Assembly (NCBI GenBank): GCA_965204465.1
Contig: OZ241995.1
Span: 1,087,839-1,151,838, forward strand
Length of the DNA stretch: 64,000 nt
From: Leptospiria bacterium
GTDB taxonomy: Bacteria; Spirochaetota; Leptospiria; Turneriellales; CBDBES01
Direction: 5' to 3'
The translations under genes were made by a program, and so were the position numbers. This document shows, in pieces, positions 46,525 to 57,773 of this stretch (within the stretch, counting starts at the first letter, position 1; every line of letters starts with the position of its first letter). The notes under the pieces were generated by a model that worked only from the letters and a program-made list of their open reading frames with translations, searched no databases and was not told the origin of the DNA.

Positions 46525-46868
46525 CGGAGACGGCGGGATTTGAACCCGCGTCCTGTCATGCAATCGAAAGCTTTCTACATGTTTAGTTTGTATTTTATTT
46601 TAGAGAAGACCATCTCTACAAACAAAGTAAGGACTTCCTTAGCAAGAATGTCTCGGTTTTATACCCTTGCCATATAAAACCCACTCTCTATAAAAGTTAG
46701 CCATTATATCCGCCTAGAGAGAAACAGATATAACAGCGCTTGGCAAATTATGCAGCCAAAGCGTAATTTAAGTTGTCGTCGTTTATTATAGACTTCCCTT
46801 TTTAGAAGAGGGCGCTTCACATGCTTTTCTAACCATTGGATCATGACAGTCGAAGCCAATTCGTCCCC
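46525..46868 (-). ncRNA. ssrA: tmRNA (SsrA)
   Basis: The minus strand begins GGGGACGAATTGGCTTCGAC and ends GCGGGTTCAAATCCCGCCGTCTCC (tRNA-like T-arm and acceptor). The tag frame reads ...N-D-D-N-L-N-Y-A-L-A-A-stop (stop at 46748-46750). No CCA is encoded. Confidence 0.9.
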
Positions 46869-47051
46869 TTTTGATATTTATCAAAATCCAATAACAATTT
46901 TATGCTATTTGAATATTTTGTAAACTATTTTATTATTTTATTGAAATTATTTTTGCAACGAGAAATTGGAAAATTTTTAGTTGGCTTCTGCGCTTTTCCC
47001 TTTACAATTAAAAATGGATGACAATATGAAAAGTAATCTTAAATTGCCAAT

Positions 47052-49553
47052 ATGCGCTTAAAAATAAATTTAGCTATATTACTTTTTTGGCTCATTCATC
47101 TTTCTGCTTTTTCACAAGAAAAAGTTCAATTAGAAAGATTTTTACAGCGTCCCAGTATTCCAATTGATAGTATCTCAACTTCGGATGATTCTACCGCCTT
47201 GCTTTTAAATCCAGCTGGTTTAAGCATACATCCTTTACAGGCAGGCTATTTCTATGGCCACAACTTCACCGCAAATATACAGGATCATACTCTATTGCTT
47301 AATCTTTTTGGACTGGCCTTTTCTACTCAATGGCGATTTGCACCATCCAATGGAAACATTCGAAAATATACCATAGGCACTGGACTAGGAAGTACTCGTT
47401 TCTTATCTCTTGGATTTGCAGTCAATTGGTTTGACTCTCCTGACAAAGAACTGGATGGATACAGAAGCCTGGACATCGGATTGATCACCAGACCCACTCG
47501 TTATATTTCCATTGGTACGGTTGGCCGGAACTTGAACTCCTCTTCAACCAATATAGTCAACTTACAACATAGATGGGATGCATCTTTAAGTCTAAGACCT
47601 CTATACTTTTTACCCAAGTCAAGCAGAGATTACTATGAGAGCCTTACTATCTCTGTAGAAGGCACATGGGTAGCAGGAGAGTCTATTAGAACGGTAAATC
47701 CAAGATATATTTTTGGACTCTTGCCTACAGATGGCGTAACTCTATATGGAGGTGTTGATCATGAGAGAAATTTATTCATGGGTTTAAAATTTTCTCAAAA
47801 TTATGCACAACTTTCTTTTCAGGGAGATATTCTTCCAGAAGTGGCTGATGGCATAGAGGGAAAAACAAGCCGTAGAGGTAATTTTTATAATGTAGGTATT
47901 TTAGTGGGGCAAGAGAGGTTCAAAACTAAAATAGAAGCAGTGAGGTATTTCCTCGAAATAACCTTAGATATTATGTTCCAGGAAAAAAAAGAAGATGGTA
48001 TTTTCCTTTTTGATGATCATATTTCTTTTTTTGAGTTATTGAATTTGATCCGTAGGGCCATGAATGATTCTCAGATAAAAGGTATTTTAATCACTGGCAG
48101 AAAGTTTAAAGGAGGATGGGGGCAGGCAGAAGAACTCAAAGAAGCATTGATCTATTTCAGGCAGGGATCGGGTAAACCCCTTATTTCTTTTTTAGAAAAT
48201 GCAGGGAATAAAGAATATTACATAGCAAGCGCAGCAGATTACATATCCATGCCTTTTGCCGGGAGCCTTACTATCAATGGTCTTTCTGCTGAATTATATT
48301 TCGTTAAAGATCTATTGGATAAGGTAGGCATTAAGGCTGATTTTATTCAAGTCGGAAAATATAAAAGTGCTCCAGATACATTTAAACGTAGTGAGCCCAC
48401 TAAATTTGAGGAAGAACAAGTTTTATCTATTTTAGCAGACATAAGTTCTGAGATAAAAGAATCTGTTTTATTCAGCCGCAGAAATAAGGTCAAAAGAGAA
48501 GAATATGATGAGATTATTCAAAAGGGCCTTTTTACAGCGCAAGAAGCCTTAGAAAAAGGCCTTATAGATCGGGTTGAATATTTAGAGGATATAAAAAAAA
48601 GAGTCATCAAAGTAGGTATTTCTCCTTTTGGATGGAACAAATCTATTATGGATTATAAGAAGACAAAATTTTACAGAAATACATGGGGCCAGGAATCTAA
48701 AATTGCCATTGTCGTATTAGAAGGAGATATTGTATCAGGTGAATCCACTGAATCAGGTATATTCCAAACTAGTTCAGTGGCTTCTGATTCCATTCAAAAA
48801 ATTTTGGAAAGTATACGAGAAGATGGAAAAATAAAAGGAGTGATCATTCGTATAAATTCAGGGGGGGGGTCTTCTCTTGCCTCTGACATTATTTGGAAAG
48901 AGATCAATCTGCTTAAAGAGAAAAAAAGTGTTATTATTTCATTTAGTGATATTGCAGCTTCCGGAGGATATTACATTGCAGTGGGTGCGGATAATATAAT
49001 AGCGAATAGGAATTCAATTACCGGATCCATTGGCGTATTTGGAGGTAAATTTGCCCTGGGAGGCTTGTATAAAAAATTAGGCATTGAAAAGACAATTTAT
49101 AAAACAGGTGAAAAGGCATCTATTTTTTCAGAGAAAGATGAATTTACTCCAGCAGAGAAAATGCTTCTTGAAGAGCATTTGAATGATTTTTATGATCTTT
49201 TCATACAAAGAATAAGCAGAAGCCGTAAAGATCTTAATAAAGAAGAGATACTTGAAAATGCAGACGGCCGTGTATATACAGGCAAAGCTGCCTTCAGAAA
49301 AGGGATGATAGATCAGAATGGTGGTATAATGTTAGCCATAGAAATATTGATCCAAAAACTAGATTTAGATAGAAATTATCTTAGCTTTGAACTATACCCA
49401 AAAAAATTTGTTGGTTTATTGGATTTCCCTTTAAATTCAAGCTTAGTGCTGCCTTATTTTGCGAAAAAAATGATCAATCTTTGGAGCCGATCCGAAAAAT
49501 TGAAAGAGGATAAAGTCTATTTTTTAATGCCTTATAAAATTGATATCCATTAA
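47052..49553 (+). CDS. sppA: Signal peptide peptidase SppA (67K type, two S49 domains) with a ~300-aa N-terminal extension
   Basis: IRINSGGGSSLASDIIW and AASGGYYIA (S49 motifs), plus a first degenerate S49 domain (ILITGRKFKGGWGQAEEL). Signal peptide; the N-terminal region has a beta-strand-rich pattern. Confidence 0.85.
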   Translation: MRLKINLAILLFWLIHLSAFSQEKVQLERFLQRPSIPIDSISTSDDSTALLLNPAGLSIHPLQAGYFYGHNFTANIQDHTLLLNLFGLAFSTQWRFAPSNGNIRKYTIGTGLGSTRFLSLGFAVNWFDSPDKELDGYRSLDIGLITRPTRYISIGTVGRNLNSSSTNIVNLQHRWDASLSLRPLYFLPKSSRDYYESLTISVEGTWVAGESIRTVNPRYIFGLLPTDGVTLYGGVDHERNLFMGLKFSQNYAQLSFQGDILPEVADGIEGKTSRRGNFYNVGILVGQERFKTKIEAVRYFLEITLDIMFQEKKEDGIFLFDDHISFFELLNLIRRAMNDSQIKGILITGRKFKGGWGQAEELKEALIYFRQGSGKPLISFLENAGNKEYYIASAADYISMPFAGSLTINGLSAELYFVKDLLDKVGIKADFIQVGKYKSAPDTFKRSEPTKFEEEQVLSILADISSEIKESVLFSRRNKVKREEYDEIIQKGLFTAQEALEKGLIDRVEYLEDIKKRVIKVGISPFGWNKSIMDYKKTKFYRNTWGQESKIAIVVLEGDIVSGESTESGIFQTSSVASDSIQKILESIREDGKIKGVIIRINSGGGSSLASDIIWKEINLLKEKKSVIISFSDIAASGGYYIAVGADNIIANRNSITGSIGVFGGKFALGGLYKKLGIEKTIYKTGEKASIFSEKDEFTPAEKMLLEEHLNDFYDLFIQRISRSRKDLNKEEILENADGRVYTGKAAFRKGMIDQNGGIMLAIEILIQKLDLDRNYLSFELYPKKFVGLLDFPLNSSLVLPYFAKKMINLWSRSEKLKEDKVYFLMPYKIDIH

Positions 49554-50625
49554 TAACAATAAAAAACCAATTCTGGTGCATGCTCCTAATTGGGTAGGGG
49601 ATCATTCTATGGCGTTTCCTTTTTATCATACCCTTTCTGTATTATTTCAGAGAAAAGAACTTCATCTTTTAGGAAGTTCCTGGATATCTTCCCTGGTACC
49701 TGATAAAATTTTTAGTAAAGTGATCACCTTAAAGAGTAAATATCCTTCTGCTACAATAATAGATTCCCTTAAAAAAGAAGAGTATGCTTTAGGATTTACC
49801 CTATCTCCTTCTTTTAGGTCTGCATTACTTCTATGGAGAAGCAGAGTAACTTTTAGATTTGGACATAAAACAGATGGTCGTTTTTTTCTATTGAAGCATC
49901 CAAACCAAAAGGAGATGCCTAAATATAGTCCTATGGAACACAGGTCATTGAGTTATATACGGTTGCTCACTCATTTTTTTTCTAAAAACAAAATAGCAGA
50001 AGACTATTGGTCGGAGTCGGTTAAAAAAAAATGGTCATTTAAATTATACAAAAAAGAGGAAAGTAAATTACAAAAAATTTTTCATCAGAATAAGATCACA
50101 AAAAAACGTTATTGGCTTATATGTCCCGGAAGCACTGCCTCTTCCAAAAGATATCCAACAGAATATATAATTAATCTGATCAATATGATCTACTCGAAAA
50201 GACCCGATTTAAAAATTATCTTGGCAGGAAGTGACATAGAAAGAGAAATATCCATTAAGATCACCTCAGGAATATTTAATGATGCCAGGAGTATATTGAT
50301 CAATCTGACAGGAAATACAAATCTGAATGAATTAATGTATTTGATCCAAAATAGCAGTGGTGTCGTTGCAAATGATTCTGGTATTGCCCATCTTACTTCA
50401 TTGGTTCATATTCCTTTGGTTACTTTTATAGGGATGGCAAGAAAAGAAGAGACTCTTACTCTTAATCCAAATAAAGTGGTGCTGAATAAAAATCTTTCTT
50501 GTTCTCCCTGTATGAAACCAGAATGCCCCAAGGGATATTCACCTCCTAAATGTTTAGCTGAAATTCAACCTTATGAAGTATTCGAAGCAATGCTATCTAT
50601 GGATAAAAAATATTCTTATCTCTGA
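49540..50625 (+). CDS. Glycosyltransferase family 9 (LPS heptosyltransferase-like)
   Basis: ILVHAPNWVGDHSMAFPFY N-terminus and the ANDSGIAHLTS motif. Confidence 0.8.
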   Translation: MISINNNKKPILVHAPNWVGDHSMAFPFYHTLSVLFQRKELHLLGSSWISSLVPDKIFSKVITLKSKYPSATIIDSLKKEEYALGFTLSPSFRSALLLWRSRVTFRFGHKTDGRFFLLKHPNQKEMPKYSPMEHRSLSYIRLLTHFFSKNKIAEDYWSESVKKKWSFKLYKKEESKLQKIFHQNKITKKRYWLICPGSTASSKRYPTEYIINLINMIYSKRPDLKIILAGSDIEREISIKITSGIFNDARSILINLTGNTNLNELMYLIQNSSGVVANDSGIAHLTSLVHIPLVTFIGMARKEETLTLNPNKVVLNKNLSCSPCMKPECPKGYSPPKCLAEIQPYEVFEAMLSMDKKYSYL

Positions 50626-50672
50626 TCATTTTCAATGTATTTATTCATTCTGGACCAAATAATATTTCATAG

Positions 50673-52436
50673 ATGAAAAAAATCAATAAAAATATGAATT
50701 TGGTATGGTCTCAATTGATCATTGAAGAATTAGTTCGGAATCAAGTGAATCTTTTTTGTATTTCTCCTGGGCATAGATCTGCCCCTCTGGTGGCAGCAGG
50801 GGCAATGTCTAAAAAGGCAATATGCAAGGCCTTTATAGATGAAAGGGCTGCTGCGTATTATGCAGTTGGATATTCAAAAAATCATGTAAAAAACCTTACC
50901 GCCTTGATCTGTACATCGGGAACGGCGCTTGCAAATTATTTTCCGGCAGTGATTGAATCATTTTATTCCAATATCCCTTTAGTGATCTTGTCAGGAGATA
51001 GGCCGCCTGAATTAAGAGAAGCATCCTCTAATCAAACTATCGATCAATTAAAAATATTTCACAAATACTGCTGTTTCTTTGCTGACCTACCATGTCCCCA
51101 GGACCCTATGGAAGCACTGCCACTGGAATATATATTGACTACCATAGATGATGCAATAGGCAGGGCAAAATATCATAAGGCTCCCGTTCATATTAACTGC
51201 ATGTTCAGAGAACCTTTCCTGGACGAATATAATACCTTATTAGAGAGTCACAAGGATATTCTGCCTGGTAGATGGCTTTTAAACGAAGAGCCTTATACAA
51301 GAAAAATATTTCCTTCTTTTATTCCGAATGATGCATCCATCAATACAGTGGCAGAATATATAAGTAACAGTACAGCAGGATTCATTATTGTGGGAAATAT
51401 AGACCAGCAAAAAGATACTCCCGCGATCAGAAAAATTGCTTCTAAAATGAAATGGCCTGTTCATTCAGATGCGCTTTCCGGAATGAAAGATCATGAATAT
51501 TCTATAAGCCATCTGGATTCAATGATAAAAAAATCGCCCATACTGGTCGATACAGTTATTTTTTTTGGGGATAGGATCATTTCTAAAGATATGTTTTCTT
51601 TTTTGGAGAAAAATAATAATCTTCATTATATAAAAGTAATGGATAAAAATATCAGAAGTGATGTTACTCATAATGTGAGTCTTCAAATTCTTACTGATAT
51701 TTCTGCTTTTTGCAATGAACTGGAAAAAAAACTATATCAGATCCAGTATAAAGCCCCTATTCAATTACTTAGATGGGCTATGCAAAAAGAGGCTAAAATC
51801 AAAGAAGTTATCAGAAATGAAATTTCAAAATCAAATAAGAATAAAATAAATTCATTTTCTGCTGTTACCCATTTGATCCATAAACGAAGCCAAAAATTTG
51901 GTCTATTTGGTGCAAATAGCATGAGTATAAGGTTAATAAACGATTTTACCAAAACATCCCATCAAATAATGGCAAATAGAGGCGCCAGTGGAATCGATGG
52001 CAATATTGCTTCTGCCTTAGGATATTCTTACTCCATCAAAAAACCAGTGCTTTTATTGATAGGTGACCTGGCATTGATGCATGATCTGAACTCTCTATAC
52101 CTCCTTAAAAAGGCAGAATACCCGTTATTGATCATACTCTTGAATGATAGGGGGGGGGGTATATTTTCGATGCTTTCTGTAAGTAAATTAAAAAGTTATA
52201 AAAATATTTTCGAGGATTTTTTTATTGTTCCCCAGCAGGTCAAATTTCAGCACATATCTGCATCATTTGACATTGCATACCATGCAGTATCCTCTTTAAA
52301 AGAATTAAAAAATATATTTCTCAAAATAATCCAATATTCTGATCAAAAGAAAAGTTGTCTGGTTGAAATAAAAATAGATCAAAAAGAGAATTCTACTTTT
52401 CTGAAACGATTGTATAAAAAAATAAAATCAATATAA
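50673..52436 (+). CDS. menD: 2-succinyl-5-enolpyruvyl-6-hydroxy-3-cyclohexene-1-carboxylate (SEPHCHC) synthase
   Basis: WSQLIIEELVRNQVNLFCISPGHRSAPL, ICTSGTALANYFPAVIES, LSGDRPPELR and the ThDP motif GDLALMHDLNS...NDRGGGIF. Confidence 0.88.
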   Translation: MKKINKNMNLVWSQLIIEELVRNQVNLFCISPGHRSAPLVAAGAMSKKAICKAFIDERAAAYYAVGYSKNHVKNLTALICTSGTALANYFPAVIESFYSNIPLVILSGDRPPELREASSNQTIDQLKIFHKYCCFFADLPCPQDPMEALPLEYILTTIDDAIGRAKYHKAPVHINCMFREPFLDEYNTLLESHKDILPGRWLLNEEPYTRKIFPSFIPNDASINTVAEYISNSTAGFIIVGNIDQQKDTPAIRKIASKMKWPVHSDALSGMKDHEYSISHLDSMIKKSPILVDTVIFFGDRIISKDMFSFLEKNNNLHYIKVMDKNIRSDVTHNVSLQILTDISAFCNELEKKLYQIQYKAPIQLLRWAMQKEAKIKEVIRNEISKSNKNKINSFSAVTHLIHKRSQKFGLFGANSMSIRLINDFTKTSHQIMANRGASGIDGNIASALGYSYSIKKPVLLLIGDLALMHDLNSLYLLKKAEYPLLIILLNDRGGGIFSMLSVSKLKSYKNIFEDFFIVPQQVKFQHISASFDIAYHAVSSLKELKNIFLKIIQYSDQKKSCLVEIKIDQKENSTFLKRLYKKIKSI

Positions 52437-52581
52437 GCAACAAAAAATCACGATCCAGCCGCTATTTGATGAGATGCATTCCATCCTATCTATAAAGTAC
52501 ATATATCATTTGACAGAATACATAACATTAAGGAGTCATTCATTGTATTCTAATGGTTAACATTAGAGTAAATCATCTGGT

Positions 52582-55500
52582 ATGGCTAAAAAAGATATTC
52601 CATTAAAAGATCAATCTCAAAGAGACAAAGTTATTAATACGCAAGGGCATTTCTTTATTAGCGCGGGTGCGGGTACGGGTAAGAGTACAATGATCGTAAG
52701 AAAAATCATAGATTTAATTGAAAAAGGTCATATAAGTAACTTTAAAGAATTTGTAGCCATTACCTATACGAATAAGGCGGCAGAAGAATTACGCTTTAAA
52801 TTACAGGAACACATTCACAAAAAATTGAATTCACCTGGGCTAAACCCCCAAGTAATGGAAAGATATTCTCAGATCAATAAGGGACTTCATTTTACATTGA
52901 TTGGAACAATTCATCATTTCTGCACCTATTGGATACGCAAATATTCTTTGGATCTGAATTTAGACTCTCAATTTAAGATATTAGATGATCTGAATTCAAA
53001 AAAAATTTTAGCCGAAGTTTTTTTAGACTCCATATATAGGCTAGAAGTCGCCACAAAAGACCATAATTCTTCAAAGGAAGAAAAAGAGATTCATCATATT
53101 TTACAGGAATTACTTTGGCATACAAAGGGTAACTCTGAATATATAATAGATAAGCTTAAAAGCATCCATAGAAATATTCACCTCATAAAAGATGTATCTC
53201 CAGATCAATTTCTGATCACCACAAAAGAGAAATTTACACAGGTCAGTAAGATCATCATCCAGGAACACGTTAAAAATTTTCTGCGTCTACAAAAAATGTA
53301 TAAAGAACCCTCTACGAAAGAGGAAGTAAAATTTGGGGATTTCTTAAATGAATTGGCTGATTCTCTGAATACAAAAGATATTTTATCTGGAAAAAAAACA
53401 TGGGAAGATATAATTGAATTATGCTCTCATGTGTCTTCTACTAGTAAAAGAGGAAGCGCTAATTATATAGAGGCAGATCATAACTTTGGCATGGAGGCTG
53501 AAGAGATATTTAGATGCATTAAGTTATATACTAAAATGTTTTTAAATAAGAAAATAAATTCAGTTGATATTGCAAAATTAGGAATAGAGGAAAAAAAATA
53601 TTTAGAAAGCAATTACCTAAAGAAACATATTATTCTAGATCCTAAAATACTTTTCAATGAATACCTAAGGTTTCTTTGGTATAAGGTATCCCTTTATACA
53701 AGAGATCAATTCTGGAAATATAAAGCCCAATATAATTTTCTGGATTATCAGGACATACTATTAAAAATGAGAGAAATACCAGACTTTAACCTTATATTAA
53801 AAAAAGAGCTAAAGTATTTATTTGTGGATGAATATCAGGATACAGACGAACTACAGGCGAATATTTTTGAGATACTATCATCTTTAGGCGTAAATTTTAT
53901 AAGAGTGGGAGATAGAAACCAGGCAATTTATGGATTCAGAGGTGGAAATCCCAGGCTTTACTCTACAGAAGAGAAAAAGATGCCTTCTGAAAAATTAGCT
54001 TCTCTATTTGTTAATATGAGAAGTCATCCAAATATTCTGGCTTTTATCAATTGGCTGTTTTCTGGAGGAGATAATGGGTCTATAGGGAAGGGGCAAATAG
54101 ATGCTCATGAAGATATATTCATCTCAAAATATTTTAATCATTATCAGCCTTTGTATCCATCTCCCGGATCCTCTATGAAATTTAAAAATGCACGAACAAA
54201 TATAGAGGCAGGAGTCTGTTTTTCTTTTATTTGTAAACCTGAATATTCAGAAGGTGAGCCTGGGAAAGTTAAGCAGAGCTCTTATTCTTCCAGAAAAATG
54301 GAAGCTATATGGCTAGGTGAAAAGATCAAAGCCATCATGGATGAAAATTCTGAAAAAAAGCCTAAGATTGGTGTTTTATTCCGGTCTTTTACGACCGCGG
54401 ATATATATATCGACCAATTTCAAAAAAAAGGCATTTCCTATTCTACATTGAATAAAGTCTATACCAAAGAAGCCTATCCACTGTTTCCTTTATTACACAT
54501 TTTCAAGTTATTGATCCGGCCTCATGATCAAATTGCATTTACAGGTCTATTACGTTCTCCTCTAGTAGGATTAAGCGACCCCCAGATAGATGAATTTATA
54601 AAAAATAGATACATTAAATTTATAGACCTTAAAAATCCGAATGAAATTTTTAATGAAATTCCATTTTCTTCTAAAGTAAATCACTTATTGCAAAAACTAC
54701 ATTTATGTCATAATGAAATATATTCCTCTACTTTAGAAGATATATTTCATCTTGTTTTAAATTCTTTTCCTGTCTATGAAATGATACAGATACATAAAAA
54801 TAGTAATGAATTGAATCTTGCTATTCAAAATATTTTTTCTATTGCCCGGTATGTAGAAAACAATACTTTATTCAAAAAAAGATTTCAAGTACTAACCGAA
54901 TTTACAGAACTAATAGAACAGTATCTGGTGGGAGATGGCAATAAAAATCTTTTTCCAAATTCTTTGTCAAAAGAACATATTCCGCTGGAGAGTGATGTAC
55001 AGATCATCACCATACATCAATCAAAGGGTCTTGAATATGATATTGTGTTCTTATGTGATTTGAATTATGATCTGTTAAAAGCAGAAAAGAATAATATTTT
55101 TTATTTTCAGGAAAATGTCCATAATAGGTCCCTTGATTTTTATATGAAAGAAGATATAGCGGATAGCCTCATAGATCAATCCAAAACACCATCTCTTTTA
55201 CGTCAGGAAGAAGCCTTAGAAGAATTGCTTAGACTATTATATGTAGCTCTTACCCGCGCTAAGTATAAGATATATTTGCCAATTTTGTCGCCTAACAAAT
55301 CCAATTACTATTCTTATAAGAGATGGATATTACAGGCTATGGAACAAAAATTTGATCCTAATTTTATACATAGAATTCCAGATCCGCCTTCTGTTCAGAA
55401 AATAAATATAGAGAATGATCTATTCATATATGTAGAAAGTACAATAATATCTTTAGATGAAAATATAAATTTACCAGAAGAAGATATTCTTTTGAATTCA

Positions 55501-56250
55501 GGGCAAAAAAGTAAGTCTCAGGCAGAGATACTTTCTAACCATATGAATAAAGAATGGGAGAGCTTTCGTTTCATAAGCCCCACTTCTATTGCATCCATAT
55601 CCGATCCATTGGATAAACCTTCGGATCAAGAGAATATGTATTATAAAGAAGAAAATATATGGGAAAGAAATTTATTTCTTATGGGAGTTGAAACAGATCA
55701 GAAGAAACTAACGGCAAAAGAAAAAGGGGTTTTGATGCATAGAGTATTGGAATGGACGGACTTGAAATTTCCCTCTTGGACAGAAGAAATGAATCAATCT
55801 CTTTTAAGGATCCACCTAATACCATCATCCTGGAAAGATTTTATCTTTCATTTAGCGGATGGTCTATTGAATGATTATAAGAACAGTATTCTATACCAAT
55901 TGATTCAAAAGGGGATATTATTAGGAAAAGAGACTCATTTCTCCATGCTCATGGAACCTAAAAAGATAGCGACTGGCTATGTGGATCTAATTTTCAGGAT
56001 TCCTGTAGAAACAAAAATAAAACAAAAAATCTATGCAAAAGGGATCTATTTCATTGATTATAAATCAAATAAGCAGCCTTCAAAGGATAGCTGGGAAATA
56101 TTTAGTGAGGTACTCATTGAAAAATATGAAAAACAAATTTCCTTATACAAAAAAGCGTTACATCAATTTTTGATCGCACAAAATAAGGGCTCGGAAGAAA
56201 TTTTTGGGGGGATCTATCACATCCCTTCTGGAAATTTGATCTTGATGTGA
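52582..56250 (+). CDS. UvrD/Rep-type helicase fused to a PD-(D/E)XK nuclease (AddA/RecB-like)
   Basis: SAGAGTGKS Walker A, FVDEYQDTD, GDRNQAIYGFRG, TIHQSKGLEYD, LYVALTRAK, and the C-terminal nuclease motif GYVDLIF...IDYKSN. Confidence 0.85.
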   Translation: MAKKDIPLKDQSQRDKVINTQGHFFISAGAGTGKSTMIVRKIIDLIEKGHISNFKEFVAITYTNKAAEELRFKLQEHIHKKLNSPGLNPQVMERYSQINKGLHFTLIGTIHHFCTYWIRKYSLDLNLDSQFKILDDLNSKKILAEVFLDSIYRLEVATKDHNSSKEEKEIHHILQELLWHTKGNSEYIIDKLKSIHRNIHLIKDVSPDQFLITTKEKFTQVSKIIIQEHVKNFLRLQKMYKEPSTKEEVKFGDFLNELADSLNTKDILSGKKTWEDIIELCSHVSSTSKRGSANYIEADHNFGMEAEEIFRCIKLYTKMFLNKKINSVDIAKLGIEEKKYLESNYLKKHIILDPKILFNEYLRFLWYKVSLYTRDQFWKYKAQYNFLDYQDILLKMREIPDFNLILKKELKYLFVDEYQDTDELQANIFEILSSLGVNFIRVGDRNQAIYGFRGGNPRLYSTEEKKMPSEKLASLFVNMRSHPNILAFINWLFSGGDNGSIGKGQIDAHEDIFISKYFNHYQPLYPSPGSSMKFKNARTNIEAGVCFSFICKPEYSEGEPGKVKQSSYSSRKMEAIWLGEKIKAIMDENSEKKPKIGVLFRSFTTADIYIDQFQKKGISYSTLNKVYTKEAYPLFPLLHIFKLLIRPHDQIAFTGLLRSPLVGLSDPQIDEFIKNRYIKFIDLKNPNEIFNEIPFSSKVNHLLQKLHLCHNEIYSSTLEDIFHLVLNSFPVYEMIQIHKNSNELNLAIQNIFSIARYVENNTLFKKRFQVLTEFTELIEQYLVGDGNKNLFPNSLSKEHIPLESDVQIITIHQSKGLEYDIVFLCDLNYDLLKAEKNNIFYFQENVHNRSLDFYMKEDIADSLIDQSKTPSLLRQEEALEELLRLLYVALTRAKYKIYLPILSPNKSNYYSYKRWILQAMEQKFDPNFIHRIPDPPSVQKINIENDLFIYVESTIISLDENINLPEEDILLNSGQKSKSQAEILSNHMNKEWESFRFISPTSIASISDPLDKPSDQENMYYKEENIWERNLFLMGVETDQKKLTAKEKGVLMHRVLEWTDLKFPSWTEEMNQSLLRIHLIPSSWKDFIFHLADGLLNDYKNSILYQLIQKGILLGKETHFSMLMEPKKIATGYVDLIFRIPVETKIKQKIYAKGIYFIDYKSNKQPSKDSWEIFSEVLIEKYEKQISLYKKALHQFLIAQNKGSEEIFGGIYHIPSGNLILM

Positions 56251-56356
56251 TACTCCAAAAGCGGCTATCTTTTATTTTGTGGTTGTATTAAAGAAGATGC
56301 AAAAATCCCCAAAAGTCATAGAAACTATTGGAATGTATATCCACTTTCTAAATTCA

Positions 56357-57457
56357 TTAAACCAATATTTTTCCTGTGATAGATGAATCAGATAGAATCA
56401 CTTCTGGTCCATCAAATCCATTGAATCTGGAAGAATATACAGAGGTATAAGCGCCGGTACTATGGAAATAAATAGTGTCTCCTATTTTAGGGCTGGGAAT
56501 TTTTACTTTATATAATTTGTCGAATGCATCGCAACTTGGACCACATAGCATAACTTCTTCCATCGGGCCACTTCCATTGGAAGTAACTAAATAGTGAATT
56601 CCTTCCACTGTTTCTAACATTCCGTTAAATACCCCTGAATTAAGATATACCCACTTAGAATCTTCTCTATTGGCTATGCCTATTACAGTGGTTGCAAGTG
56701 TTCCTGCTGGCCCAACTATATATCTACCTGGCTCGGCGATAAAATGATCAATTTCTATGCCTTTTTGTTTCCAGATGTTTATGTTTTTTTGAATTTCTTC
56801 TGCAATTTCTTTGATATCTGGTATTTTTCTTCCCATATCTATTGGGAACCCCCCCCCTATATTTAATATATGCGGAGTTAATTGATATTCATGGCTTATG
56901 GATATGGCTTCGTATGTGTTTTGCATAGCAATTCCCCATGTTTCTAATAATTCACATTGAGACCCAACATGAAAAGTAATACCGCCTAAAGGGATTTTGT
57001 TGTCCTGCATTTTCTTAAAAATATTTCTCCAGAAACGCCTGGGACAGCCAAATTTCTTGCTCAATGGCCAAAATGCTCCATCATTAGGCACACCAATTCT
57101 AAATAGAAGAATGGCCCTATCTTTATATTCCATAAATTTATCCAATTCTTCTTCAGAGTCAAAAGAAAATATAGATACTCCATTTTGAATTGCGAATTCA
57201 ATTGCATCAGGATCCTTGATCGGATTTGAGAATATGATCTTTTCTGGCGAAACAGAAAGCTCCAGTAAATATTTTATTTCCTGATAAGATGAAATTTCAA
57301 AGGAAGAATATTTACTCATTAAGAGTTCTATGATACGACTGTCAGAATTTGACTTAATGGCATAGGCGATCTGAAAATCAGAAAAGGCTTCCTGAAATTT
57401 CTGAAAACTTTTGATCACATCCCTGGAGTTGATCCATAATTTTGCTGATTTTTCCAT
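56357..57457 (-). CDS. PLP-dependent Orn/Lys/DAP decarboxylase-family (fold type III) enzyme
   Basis: IAYAIKSNSD (PLP Lys), FHVGSQ, GGGFPI, EPGRYIVGPAG and CGPSCDAFD. Confidence 0.8.
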   Translation of the reverse strand: MEKSAKLWINSRDVIKSFQKFQEAFSDFQIAYAIKSNSDSRIIELLMSKYSSFEISSYQEIKYLLELSVSPEKIIFSNPIKDPDAIEFAIQNGVSIFSFDSEEELDKFMEYKDRAILLFRIGVPNDGAFWPLSKKFGCPRRFWRNIFKKMQDNKIPLGGITFHVGSQCELLETWGIAMQNTYEAISISHEYQLTPHILNIGGGFPIDMGRKIPDIKEIAEEIQKNINIWKQKGIEIDHFIAEPGRYIVGPAGTLATTVIGIANREDSKWVYLNSGVFNGMLETVEGIHYLVTSNGSGPMEEVMLCGPSCDAFDKLYKVKIPSPKIGDTIYFHSTGAYTSVYSSRFNGFDGPEVILSDSSITGKILV

Positions 57458-57773
57458 GAATATTTTGTTTTAGAACTTTATAGAATAAAGTTCTTTTAAA
57501 TATTTATCTCTAACGATGTTATAAGCTTGTTTCTTACCGTTACCAATAAGATGCTTAATTTCTTCATGAATTTTTCCCCAAGTTGGCATTATTTAAAAAC
57601 TACACGATTACTTTTTATTTCATAAGGGACTTGATTTTCTAAATTGAGATAGTTATTAATATTTGAAATTTCTGTAATATTCTTTGAATTTCTTCTTCTT
57701 TACTGCATTTCTTTATTTTTTTTGTAGGATTAAATATGTCCATAATTACTTTAAGCAATAATTTAAAAAGGCG

